DNA of 40,888 bases from Perkinsus chesapeaki ATCC PRA-425 (Eukaryota; Protista; Perkinsozoa), in assembly GCA_013115145.1 (NCBI GenBank), contig JAAPAO010000308.1:1-40888 (forward strand). The letters are read 5' to 3'. The stretch's first letter is position 1; every line of letters begins with the position of its first letter. The position numbers and the translations under genes are program-made. Shown here piece by piece: positions 12,377 to 24,299 of this stretch. The notes under the pieces were generated by a model. The model had not been told where the DNA came from. It saw only the letters and a list, made by a program, of their open reading frames with translations, and did no database searches.

Positions 12377-13098
12377 GGCTCTCAAAATTCCTAATGACGT
12401 CCCCAGACGTGCCTCAGAACAACACGCTGGAGCTTTCAAGGCGTTCTGAGAACAGACCGTTCTCAGACCACGCAGGGCGTTCCCAATCACGGCTTTATTA
12501 TTCACAGGCTTCACACGGTTTAGCTCGAATTCGTAGCGCGGTCGGTAGGTTCGCCTTGATTTCGAGCTACTATGGTGTTGCCTTAACGCTTCAATCGTTC
12601 CCTAATTCGTTGTGGTCTGACTAGTTCCCTTACATGGTTTCGAACTCTTAAGGTTACGACATTACACTTTGTAAAATGGACATTCGATTAGACTGCTCGT
12701 GCATGGCAAGGTCGCATGACACTGATAACTCATACGAGGGCCCCTATCACATACAGTGCGAAAATCCTTCAATGGATAGCAACTTCACACTATACTCACT
12801 GTATCTTGTACTGATGTATAGCAGTGTGCACTTGAACCTTGTGTAGAACGTAGGGTATTTCTATCATCCATATTAGTTCAATTTCACCACCGTGGAGATA
12901 TACGGACGGATGTTACTAGCCTCCATTTTTCGGCAGTGAGGGCTTACCAACGGCAAACCTTCATGCTACTGCCGTTTGATACACGTGCACGGATCTTATA
13001 GTGCATCCTTACAAGTACGCACCTTTTCCGGAAGCGTTTACTAAAATCACTCTGGACATTTCATGCCATGCTTTCTTCAGCGGAGATTTGGACTAGTT

Positions 13099-13120
13099 CC
13101 AATGACTCATTGGCAATGAG
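13099..13120. repeat. 22-bp scar, inferred 8-mer CCAATGAG (perfect)
   Basis: ccaatga-c-tcattg-g-caatgag, followed by a further ttccaatgag copy. Confidence 0.9.
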
Positions 13121-13259
13121 TTCCAATGAGCTGGCCGTCGCGTCGATGTGGAATGGTTTCCCGAGACGTGGATCGAAATCACTATGGAACGCAAATCATT
13201 GAAGAAATAAAAGCAACACAAATGTCATCTCGGCGAGATGCGTGCAACTCACCATGTGC

Positions 13260-14397
13260 CTAGCGCTCATTGCCGACTAGCGAGATAATGTAACTGATGA
13301 CATTTGCACGTTGAGATGAAAATTGATGATGATGCTTACATGAACAGCTGAATTATATCAATATAGAGGGAAATAGCAGCGAAGCAGTAATCATCCAAGG
13401 AGAAGCTGAATCTAGTGTGTTTACCACCAGCTATCAATTGAGTATCAAATACCAAGTACATCGAGAATATGAGAGCACCGATACCTGATGAGAGATTAGT
13501 AAGCAAACATCGTATGTGAGGTAGCTCACCAGCGTAGACTTTATGGAGGATGGGTGTGGTGCCAAAGAAAAGGAACATGAGACCAAACAGAGCCAGTACC
13601 AGGGTTGCCACGAAGAGATATGGGCCCATACCTGAGGGATGCCGATATGGTGCCAAGGAGACGAAAGAAGAGGAGACATCACCAGTAAAGTCGTGCTTGG
13701 TTTGGAAGGCATATGCTGTTAAACCCATAACGACTATGGCAACGATTCCCACAGCCAGGAGAATCTGATCAACACATGACGTGGAGTGGTCGGATGGAGC
13801 CGTACTGAGTTGATCTCATAGCGTGAAGTGATGATGCCAACCATGAAGCCCTCGGCTAGGGTAAAGATCGTTAGTACTATGTAGTTGGTAGGATAACTGA
13901 CGACAGCCGCTATTATGCGATAAAGCAAGAACAGGGCATACTTCCTCATTATGGACGGAGCACACATTATAGCTATCATAATGCCAATTGTTATAAACAC
14001 GCTTAGATACACCAGGGCTACTGTTTTAGGGCCCATAAAGTGCTCAGGATACCTGACGATAGAGTAGGCATGATGGCTTCGGCGTTAAAGCCTTACAGTG
14101 CAAATGGCGTCGCAATAGCAGCTGTCAATATGAGCTGCAATGATAGTATACTGTACACCTAATAAAACTGCTAGAATGCTTGCTCATTTGGTTATTCGAG
14201 TACTTTTTTGATGAAGTTATGTCTAACGTAGGTCGGTATACCTTCGACAATCTCATCACTTGGATAGAATTGTGTATCTTCGTAACCTATCATTTGCGTG
14301 TCTCTTATACAGTGTCGAGTCTACCTCTGCCAGCTTCAATATCATAGCTAGCTCTTCCTACTGCTGCTGCTGATGATGATGCGTTATTGCGTGACAT
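13260..14397 (-). CDS. Bax inhibitor-1 / TMBIM (Lifeguard-like) multi-pass membrane protein
   Basis: Spliced translation has VRHNFIKKVYSILSLQL, AYAFQTKHDFTG, YLVFDTQLIAGG and SLDDYCFAAISLYIDIIQLF. Short GT-AG introns; stop TAG at 13260. Confidence 0.88.
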
Positions 14398-15129
14398 TAA
14401 TAAGTCAATCTCTGAGAAACCTATACCGACTCTTCCCATATCTCCCTACAATTAACTGATAGCACACGCTAATAACGATCATAAGGGGTTCGCTCATTAA
14501 TGTCAGATAGTGTTCGGAAGACCTACCAGCATCCCCAGCTCACATAGGTGCCCCATTAAGCCGGTTGTAGTGCGACAAGCAATTGGGTGGTAGTCATTGC
14601 GTAGTATTCAGTGAAAATCTACTCAACGATTGCGGAACACTCAACGAGGATACCAATTCGCGTTGGAGGTTCAACTGCGCAGTAATATAATCGCGCCGCC
14701 CAGATAACCGTATTGACTGTAGTGATGACTAAAAGCCATATTTTGAGGTGGGTCAATATTCTTCATGGAGTAGTTTAACCAAAGTCTTCAATTATTATAT
14801 AATAGGCAGGTAGACGTGCTGCCAACCTCTCTCCAATCAATTACGTTGTCATGGTTCTACGATTATGTTCTCTCCTCAAGTCTCACAGATTTATCACTAT
14901 AGGTCCCTTAACTGACTGCCAGTAATAGTAGCGTTAGGGCGGCAGCAGGCTAATGCCAACCTCCGACAGACGTTATGCTGTCGCAAGTGTATAGTTATTC
15001 AATCTTGCGCTCTTGGGCGTTCTTGGATCTCCTCAGTTCCCTTCACGTCCACCAAATCTATAAGCGAGGGAAGGTTTTGTCGGTATGGGTTCATTTGGTA
15101 ACGGAAGAGAATGGTCATGGATACATCAT

Positions 15130-16530
15130 AGAGATAGTAAAGACCATTGTTCTGCATAGAATGGAATCTACCGCATTCAGATGAGAGGGATAGGGAAGGA
15201 TTGAGAGATAGTTTGGATAGTAAGTGGCGGACAAATCAGTGGAGGATAGCACCGTCTTCGAGATATCGTCAGTCAGTTGGCTCAGCAGGTAGTGCTGCTA
15301 GCTCTTGCTGGGAAAGGTCGCAAGTTCTACTCTCTCAGCCTGCAATTTTGATGGAAGCACTCCTAGTGTTGAGGATATAGGAGTTGAAGAAGAGCTACTT
15401 GATGACAGTCCGAGACTTTGCGATATTAGAATACCTGACATGTATTATAAAATGGAGTCTAAGATACATAATATGTTAATTAAGTTGCAACAGTTCAGTC
15501 CAACCGTCCAAACGAACTAGTCTCCTAATAAGAGTATCTTGAGTTCCACAGTACTAGCTGGCACCTTATAAAAGGCCCTTCACCTAGGAGCACTCCCTGA
15601 CTAAGGCATAAGGGTACTGTGCAGAGTAGACGGAGTCTGCTTAAGTCGCCGGAGCCTTTATAGACTTTATTTTACGGTTTTTCTATCAGTTGTTACTACG
15701 TTCCTCGGATGTCCGTGCAATATTCTGCATCAACCTATCCATGTTACGTTATCGGTGATACTGAAGTATCTCATAGTAATAATGACACTTTAATAACGTT
15801 ACGTCAACCTCTGGGGGAAGAGGCGTTCGACGGTAATAATATGCCATCACTTTCATAAGATTCCAGGGCGATATCTAACCTCACAGGAATGAGTTCTTCG
15901 GGGACCGAAAAGTGTTCCCAGTGCGGAGATACAATAGAAAATCGCTTATTAGACCAAATGGGGCATTCTGGGTACATCTGATGATTCCCTATATCTCAGG
16001 TATCCTAGAATGGTCTCAAGCGTGGGTATATTACCTCGAGGACGATAATAAAATAAATTACGAGGTCATAACTGGGAGAACGGTATAACTTTCCATAGTA
16101 AAGGTGGAGCAACTTTAGCTTTATTATCGGTGACGGATTTATTCTGGTTTGTGCTGACAGCCGCCGGGATCCCTGGAACTGAATTCAAAAGATTTAGGCC
16201 TTTAGCCACGCATAACGCTTCCTTCACGGATACGATGTAAAACGGCACAGCAATTTATTATTTACATTCTTGGCGCTCACTTGGGGGCTGTTCAGGGCTG
16301 CACACTCTATTCTTTTCGGGGTTCCCCTTCAAACTGACGTTGGTCTTATGTGCCATTAGTTATGGAATGCTGGAGAATACATGCAGCATGGCAGGCTTCA
16401 GGTATTCAACATCATCGACGTTGAGGGACGGTCCCTTCGTTTGAGACCTATTAATGACGATTATTGTATAGGAGTCGGGATAAGGGTCATCGACATTAAA
16501 CCCTATCACGCACTTGATGCAGTTGAATGA
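15130..16530 (+). CDS. Hypothetical multi-exon protein (boundaries uncertain)
   Basis: Several protein-like frames flanked by GT/AG (WNLPHSDERDREG..., GILEWSQAWVYYLEDDNKINYE, VTDLFWFVLTAAGIPG). No family recognised. Confidence 0.3.
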
Positions 16531-16789
16531 TACCAAATACTCTTGAGTTCGTACGTTAATCTTCGAACACGTATCCCAAGTGGAGCTGGCTCACTTGCCC
16601 GCCGCCCGCCCATCCAAAGGTGAATATGAAACTCATTTTTAGGGCCGCCGCCGCCCGGAACATTTCTCCTTATCGTGCAATATGCACAGATTCGCGATAG
16701 TTGTACTGGCAGTTTATATTCGATATTATCATCTCGAACAGTTGGTTTGATCTAGAGCACTCATTTTCAATTTACAGTGGCACTCTTGG

Positions 16790-19700
16790 ATGAATTACTA
16801 CTTGAGCTCTGCTGGGAGTGGTCCGCCGACGAAGAGATCTCGGAGCGGCAATCAGAGGACCCTTGATGCCTTCTTTGGAGTAGGGAAAAAAGAAGTAAGG
16901 ATGGACTGGGTGACGAGAGATTGATATCAAGTTGTATTAGCCCAGCAATAATCCTACCACAAAGGCAATCGATGTAGATTGCTGCAGTCAACACAGTGGT
17001 GACAAAGGGCATCATCAAGATACGCAGGAGATGATAAAGTAGGAGGGCTCTTGTACTTGTTGAGTGAATTCACGGACCTTATGGGAGACATTATGGGGCC
17101 ACAGGGCTTTTGGGCGATGCCCGACGAAGTCAAACAAAACACTAAATTCGATGAAAATAAGAAACGGAAGAAAATACAATCATTTGCCTCGAGAAAATAT
17201 GGGGACGATTCGTCATCTTGCGAAAGCCATACTAAAGGGCTTGCATACGGCCTGTGTGTCCTTAAGACTTTTCTTTCATTATTTTTGAGAAGGTAAATAA
17301 AGCGAATATGTTACAGGCTACCCCATCTCGACCTAGTATGTATCCTATCAATTTAGACCTAAGATACCTCTTCACAAGAAGGCTGCAATACCAGAAGGAG
17401 GACCACTGGCGCAGCGAGCTAGACCTATATGCTCCAAGGACTTGGTCTATGAAACCGTCGGGGCAGTTGACAGTTTAACACAGAGTTGTGGTGTCGGCAC
17501 GGTGATGAGGATAGTAGGAAGTAGACAAGTAAGAGAAGAAATTGTGTGCTCGACTTAGATTAAATATTATGAGGAGATGCCGAAGTTGATGAGTAACCAA
17601 CAGCTGCATGGAGGACGACAGCAACACCCCTCCGTACCAAGTAGGCATGTGGCGCGAATGATTGGCGGCGGTGTTGGGAAATATTGTACGTAGCCACATA
17701 GTGCTTAAAGTGCATCAAACTGCAAAATGCGACGATTATGGAGTTACACTGCCTTCTCCCAGACAAGGTTGACAAGGCTGAATTAAAGAGTATTGCCGTG
17801 CTACACCTCACCCCGCAAGGACTATTACTCAGAGATAGACGATAAACAGTCAAGTGCGGAAATATAGACTCATATTCTCACTTGTCAAAAGGCAGTGCAG
17901 TGAGCGGCCACGAAGTTCGCGATGGTATACCGTGCTCTGTTGGTGAAATATTTCGTTGCGCCACAAGTCGGAGCGGATGAGATTGGACTCGTCCACTCGC
18001 TCGACACCGTTCATTTCATGTGTAGCTCTAGCTGCTGTGATGGCATATGATAAATTGATGTATCCACTTTATTAGGTATGATACTCTGGGGGCCTCCAGG
18101 ATGCGGTAAGACGACTCTGGCTCAGCTGCTCTGCCGATCATTAACTTCTTCTGGTCTACCTTGGAGGCACACTAAGCTTAGCGCTGTTAATGCTGGGGTG
18201 AATGATGTGAGTAGAATATAGGGAGCTTTATTGAGGGTATCACGTCAGGTTAAAAAGACTGTTGATGAAGCTACGAATGCAAGGAGACTAACTGGCACCC
18301 GTAAGGAACGACGAAGGGCCCAGCGACCTTAGTGTTTCACGACCACTGATGCTCGGCATCTTGTTCTGAATATCGGTATTCCGACAAAGCTTGTGTTTCG
18401 TATTGGGAAAGCATACACGTCCCTTTCCCACAGGTTTTAAGCTCTCCTGCCCCGTGGTTATTGCAGATCCATTTCCATAGCATATATAGCTTATATAATC
18501 CCTTCTTGTATATGCTGTAGACGAAATGCTCGTGTGTCAGCAACCCCTTGCTTGCTTGCTTCTCATTGATCGTCGCATCCCCTCGGGCACCGCTGAGCAA
18601 ACCAGCAACTCCAGATGTTTGCCGCTCAGATACGTTATTGTTTCTTGATGAGATTCATAGATTCAACAAAGCACAGCAAGATGCGTTACTGCCGCATGTG
18701 GAGAACGGTACACTGACCCTCATTGGAGCTACTACGGAGAATCCAAGCTTCCAATGCAATAGGTCGGTAAGGATCTCTAGTTATCTCTTTTACTTGGGAA
18801 ATTTTCCGAAATTTTAAGGAATTTTTCCCGTGGATTCGGCGATGGTCGTCCTGAGATTTAGGAGGAATCGTGTTGGTTATCTTGCATGTGGAGTGTACCG
18901 ATGGTCATGACCTTTTGGTGGCCAACTACCGCTGAGTGAATAGTTTATTTATTGACAGAAAACCTAACTGTGTGTAAAACATCATCAGATGAACGACTCC
19001 TAAAGTATCGCTTCGTAGTCTAGATTTCCATTCGTGCGAGTAACTGCGATATGCAACCATATCGGGATGCATTGTAGCTCAAAACGTATCTTATCGTTTT
19101 CGCACTATTGAGATTTTACTTTCCGTTTCAGATCTCTGGTGTCTCGATGCCAAATAATAAAGCTTTCCTCACTCGACAGCACCTCCATTGAAAACATAGT
19201 AAGCTGAAGATGAAGTCTCGGAAATCACCGTTGATCCCGCAGTTAACACGCGCTATGTCGAACTACTACCCTCAAGTGGCGGTAGACAAGGAGGATGAAG
19301 GACTGATGAAAACCCTGGCGGACTTCGGATTGGGAGACGCTCGGGCATCTCTGAATGCTCTCGAGTTGGCCTGTGATCTTGCCATTATGGGCGTGCAACA
19401 TTTTGGAGCTACCGCACCTGTACTGCGCCGGCAACACGTTGAAGAGGTACGGATGGTTGTGCGAGTTGTAGTGAAAGTTTTTTGACTTTTTTCACTGCCC
19501 TCTAATACAGGTCAATGCTTGTCTTGCTTTTCATCCATAACAGACTTGGCAATCTTGTGTGAATTTTCGCCATATTGCTCGGCATTTTGGCACCGACATG
19601 ATTGTGTTTGGATTGAAGATATGTTTTGAATTGATTCTTCCAGGCAATGAGCACCTCGGCGTCGGGTAGACATAGGCTGCTTGGCTACGACAAGAACGGC

Positions 19701-20460
19701 GACATCCACTACGATCTTGCAAGTGCGTTGCAGAAGTCCATCAGAGGATCTGATAAAGACGCAGCAGCGTGAGAAATACTTATTTTTTCACCGTGTCCGC
19801 CTGATTTCTTATAGGTATTGGACAACCAGGATGCTATCCGGTGGTGAGCCTCCGGAGTACATTTCTCGAAGGCTCATGAGAATAGCGAGCGAAGATGTGG
19901 GGTTAGCAGATCCACAAGCCTTGCAGATCACAGCAGCAGCGCATACCGTTACTATGGCAACGGGCATGCCGGAATGTACGCATGCGTTGACGATGGTATA
20001 TCATTCCATTATTCAGGCTCGACTGCTCTTCTGGAAGCGGCGCTTTATCTGTGTAACGCTCCAAAGAGCAATGCCGTCTATATCGCTTATAAGAATGCAA
20101 AGACTGCCATTGAGAACGCCACGGAAGATGTTGAGGTATGGAAGTGCACGGGCTTGGAATGTTGAGGATAAAGGCAGGTTCCCATTCACCTGAGGAACGC
20201 CCCAACAGGGTTCATGAAGAGCCTCGGTTATGGCAGGGATTATGTGTACACCAATCAACCGCGGCCGACCGCCCCTGGCGAAATGGCGCCTCATCAGACG
20301 TATGCTTGTGCATCGGCTTGGCGCAGTTAGTGTGTTGGTTAGGTACCTCCCATCAGGGCTCCAACGTGGCGATATATTTCCGGCAGAATTTCATACATCT
20401 CCGCCCAGACCGAGCAATAGCGTTTGTCCTACTTGTGGTGCAATTTCCTCAAAACGTTAA
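16790..20460 (+). CDS. WRNIP1: WRNIP1/MgsA (RarA)-family AAA+ ATPase, multi-exon
   Basis: [25 protein letters not shown] (Walker A), [76 protein letters not shown] and [17 protein letters not shown]. Confidence 0.92.
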
Positions 20461-20998
20461 CAAGTTAACATGACTTGTTGGGTTAGCTAGTGACATGTAA
20501 CTTCACAATCGCTACTGTGCCTATGAGACATCGTTTTACATCGCTAAGTATCTACTTACTGTAGACCTTACTATTGGATATCGAAGTCATGCACACACAC
20601 TCAACGAGGCTTGCAAGACATATCTTGTATATTTGCTCAACGTACTTTTATACGAGGTAAACATATCTAACCAAAGAGGAACCTCACCACCTCTTGCGAG
20701 TATTCCCGACCTCTGAATGCAGGATACCAATGGATGCTCGCATAACTGAACCTCTGTGACGAAGGCTCTGTTCGAACCGTGCCAATAAATCACTATTTGC
20801 CATGGGAAACAAACCAGCGCAGATCGCAACGAAAATGCGAGATATTCCGATTGTGAAAATAATTGTTGGTAACAACGAACCACGAATAATGCGATGCAAT
20901 GTCATTTAAAGAAGAAAGTATTCATGTCGATGTCGCGAATGGGAAATTAGTTTTCGCGCGGTTGCACCTCCTTCAGCCGGTTCAACTATTCCTGCAGG

Positions 20999-21521
20999 AT
21001 GGCAGACTCTACTGGTAAAAGCCTCACCGTCGCTAGAGCAAACAAGTATACTCCCGCCAACGGAGGAACAAGCATTATGTGGAATGACTACCCACAGGAT
21101 AGATCCGTGGTCTATTGGTAGCGATGAAGCTCATCTTGCTGGAGATTCTGAATTTTTATATTGTCAGGTCTGATCCTGATGGATAACAAAAACCGCACTT
21201 GTGGATGATAGAAGATTTTTGGAAGTTTCGGGTCCCTCGGAGACCGTTGAAGAACATTTCGGGGGAATGAACCCTTTCCACGGCTTAGTTGATCAGGTGA
21301 AGGATACGCTACCCAGAAGCGATCCAGTTACCCTAGATAATTGCAAGGAGACCCTCGGTGCACTGGCTGAGGATGGCCCATCCCCCTTCGGTTGGATTGA
21401 TGAGTTCTTGGAAACTAACGCAGATATGATAAAAGAAAAGGCAGATGAATTGGATAAGTCTCCTCCGCCAGATGGCATCTCTCAGAGGAACGGTGTAGCT
21501 CCTTCGCTTACCTTCAGCTGA
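20999..21521 (+). CDS. Paralog of the 5610-6104 protein, with an apparent 1-bp frameshift after its intron
   Basis: The C-terminus CKETLGAL...PFGWIDEFLETNADMIKEK aligns with CDEVLDVL...PFWVTKFLSDNKDAIIEK, and the intron again splits a Trp codon. The spliced frame hits TAA at ~21183 unless a base is missing. Confidence 0.4.
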
Positions 21522-24299
21522 AGTGGCAATGCCAGTTAGCTTGGGATTATGTAGCGATCTGTGTTTGAACACATGTACATATCTACACATAGTGCCTCGA
21601 ATAAAGGTTCATTATGATGTTGTTGTATGTCTACGCCGATTTCTGAATTGTGTTGTTGACCTCTAAATGCCCAGTGCTAATTACTCTGCAAGTTCCACCC
21701 TTGAGGTACTTTACGAAAAATACCAAATTAATGCATTCGCCTGCAAAAAATAGATGGTCCCTAGTTGCTCAGCCGTTGACATCTGTAGACGGGCAATAAT
21801 TAGTAACCATCGGTTTTCTATTCTCAACAGTTCTCAGAATGATTCGGTAATTATAAAGCGGTAAGGATTCCGTGTCGGGTTGTGATTGTTCAAAGTTGGG
21901 GTATCTAGTCCATAGTCAGAAGTTTTGGTTCGCTAGGGTCACGGCCGCGTCGGAAGCGGCACTTGAAGGCCCCCTTTTGCTGCACTGCGCAACTTACTGC
22001 CCTCGGTTAACCGAGGTTCATTTGTGGAATGCCTACAGAGCGAGACAACCACTGAGCGACGAAAATCAACTGTAAAAGCGGATATTTATAACTCTACTCA
22101 AGATGCATTTATTGAGACTGACTCGCAGCAACCTACTTGCCCAAATATAGTGTAGGCGCACATACATCCACAGCTAAGTCAATAGCTGGGTCCATAGCGA
22201 TTCCTTGTTCGTGAATCAGAAGGGCTTACCCGGGATACGAAATTGAATGATTTGTTCCGGCGAACTGTGTTATCCCAGTCACTCTACCTCGGGTGGAACA
22301 GCATCTCGCGGGGTGCTTTTGAAAATAAACTCACAAGGCTTTTTGGAAAGGGCTCTATATGAGGCTGCCCGTGACGAACATCATCCGTTGCCTTGGCAAC
22401 TTACCTACGGGCTTTCCTCGACATCGGTCTAGAGTCTATTGCCTAACTCAGTAGAGCTCGGCGATGGTTCCGCTGGTAAAGTTGCGTTGGCAGTATGCGT
22501 ATTCGGCACAGCCCCAAGAATTCCCCAACGTCTCACTTCTATAAGACCATGATGAAGCAATGACTTATTATTCACATAGGCATCCACATTCGTTACTGAC
22601 AACTGCCTTTCAGCAGTTGTGATAAGATGCTAACCATTTCAAATTGTATCCTTATTTGTACTGAATTAGGCCCGGCAATCCGGGACAGCGGCGTAGCAAA
22701 CCTATGGTCACGGTGTGGCTTGTCACGCTGGCAGTTTGACTAACATTCTTCAACCTCCCTCTAGAAACGTCTCCAATTAGGAAACATCCACTCTAAGTAA
22801 TCCGCTCGTCCGTGCGCTCTTTCGAAGTTTGGGTGTCATTATGTCTGATCTGCCGTTCCTTCTTCCGATATTTCATTCTGATAACCTCATTATGCACCTG
22901 TGACATATCCAGTCGGAACACGCATGCGCCAAGGGAATATTCCGACCAGAAATTGTTGCGGACAGATACCTATCAGTATACTTCCTCATCTACCAATGAT
23001 ACTCAAGTATATCGTTATTGCTGCTTACATTACTACCACTCTGAAGGGAACCAAGATGATGCAAGATGAACCATTTCATTTAAGAAGCCTAAGTGGCGGC
23101 TTCATATGCCTATCCTGTAGAGATACTTGTGAGTGCGAAGATTTCCCACCCATCTCATGCCGATGCCCTTAGGGCATATAAGTAACTTGAAGCATATCAT
23201 TTAGTACAGTCAAGAATTTGACCATAGCCCATAGCATCTATTTGACATATTCTTCTTTGGCCTCCTTTTGAGCGGTTCTATGTTGCGTTGCATATTATCA
23301 ATAGTAGCGGACTTTAACAAGCAGTACGAGTAGGTCCCCACGGCTAGGCAACTATTTATCGAGTTCCGTACAGTGCTATTGACAAAGATTATGTAGTAAA
23401 TGCTATTTACTCCATGATATACGATGATGCTGCTATCATTAAATATTCGTGGGCATTAGCATGTTTGAAAGCTTTGGTAGATTAGCAGTCCTTCTTCGCC
23501 CATTGGTTCCTCTCTCCCTTTGTTTCATGATTTTTCGGATGGAGTTTTCACAATGTTTTTTAGCAGCGTATCTCATTGAATGTCATAGGAGGGGTCTCCG
23601 CCTTTCGCTCACCTTCACGTTCAGGTGGATGGTAGATGCCCCTCACACCACCTGCAGCAGACAGTGTAGAACCCATGGGGCGAATAACAATGTGGAACCC
23701 CGGGGCATTTCCCGACTCGTCTATAATCGTTCCGTCGACGGTATGCTTCGTCTCAGGTTGTAGTTCATCCAATACCAGACAGTCTAAGCACGATGTGAGT
23801 ATTTCGTTCGAATCTTTACTCGTAGTATCGTACGACTACTAGTATCGTGTCACGTACTATTCGGACAGCTTTTTCCGTACATGCTCGTCTCAGACAAAGA
23901 TATTTGTGAGGTTGACTATTTGCCCCGCCAAAGGGACTAATTTCACTCCTCTTAGTCTTTCATAATAAAAGCTTCATCAGCACTTAACAACTCTACTCGG
24001 ACTCGCTATTATTAACGGTGCTGGGTGTGAAACGGATGAATGAAACGATTCTGCATAAAGCATCGTTAGAACTCTTGAAGGTGAGTGTTGTCGTGAAGCG
24101 ACTTCCTGAAAAAACGAAGGGCATCATGTCGCTTGTTATGAATCATTCAATCTTACAATCGAAGCCCTTTGCTATAAGCCCGATGGATGGCTCTATCGAA
24201 AGCCAACCTGTTCGTCTCTTGTTGCTTACGGATGTACACACAAGCCTAAAATAGAGAGATCAACAAGACACTACGATAGACTATCGAGGACTGACATGT

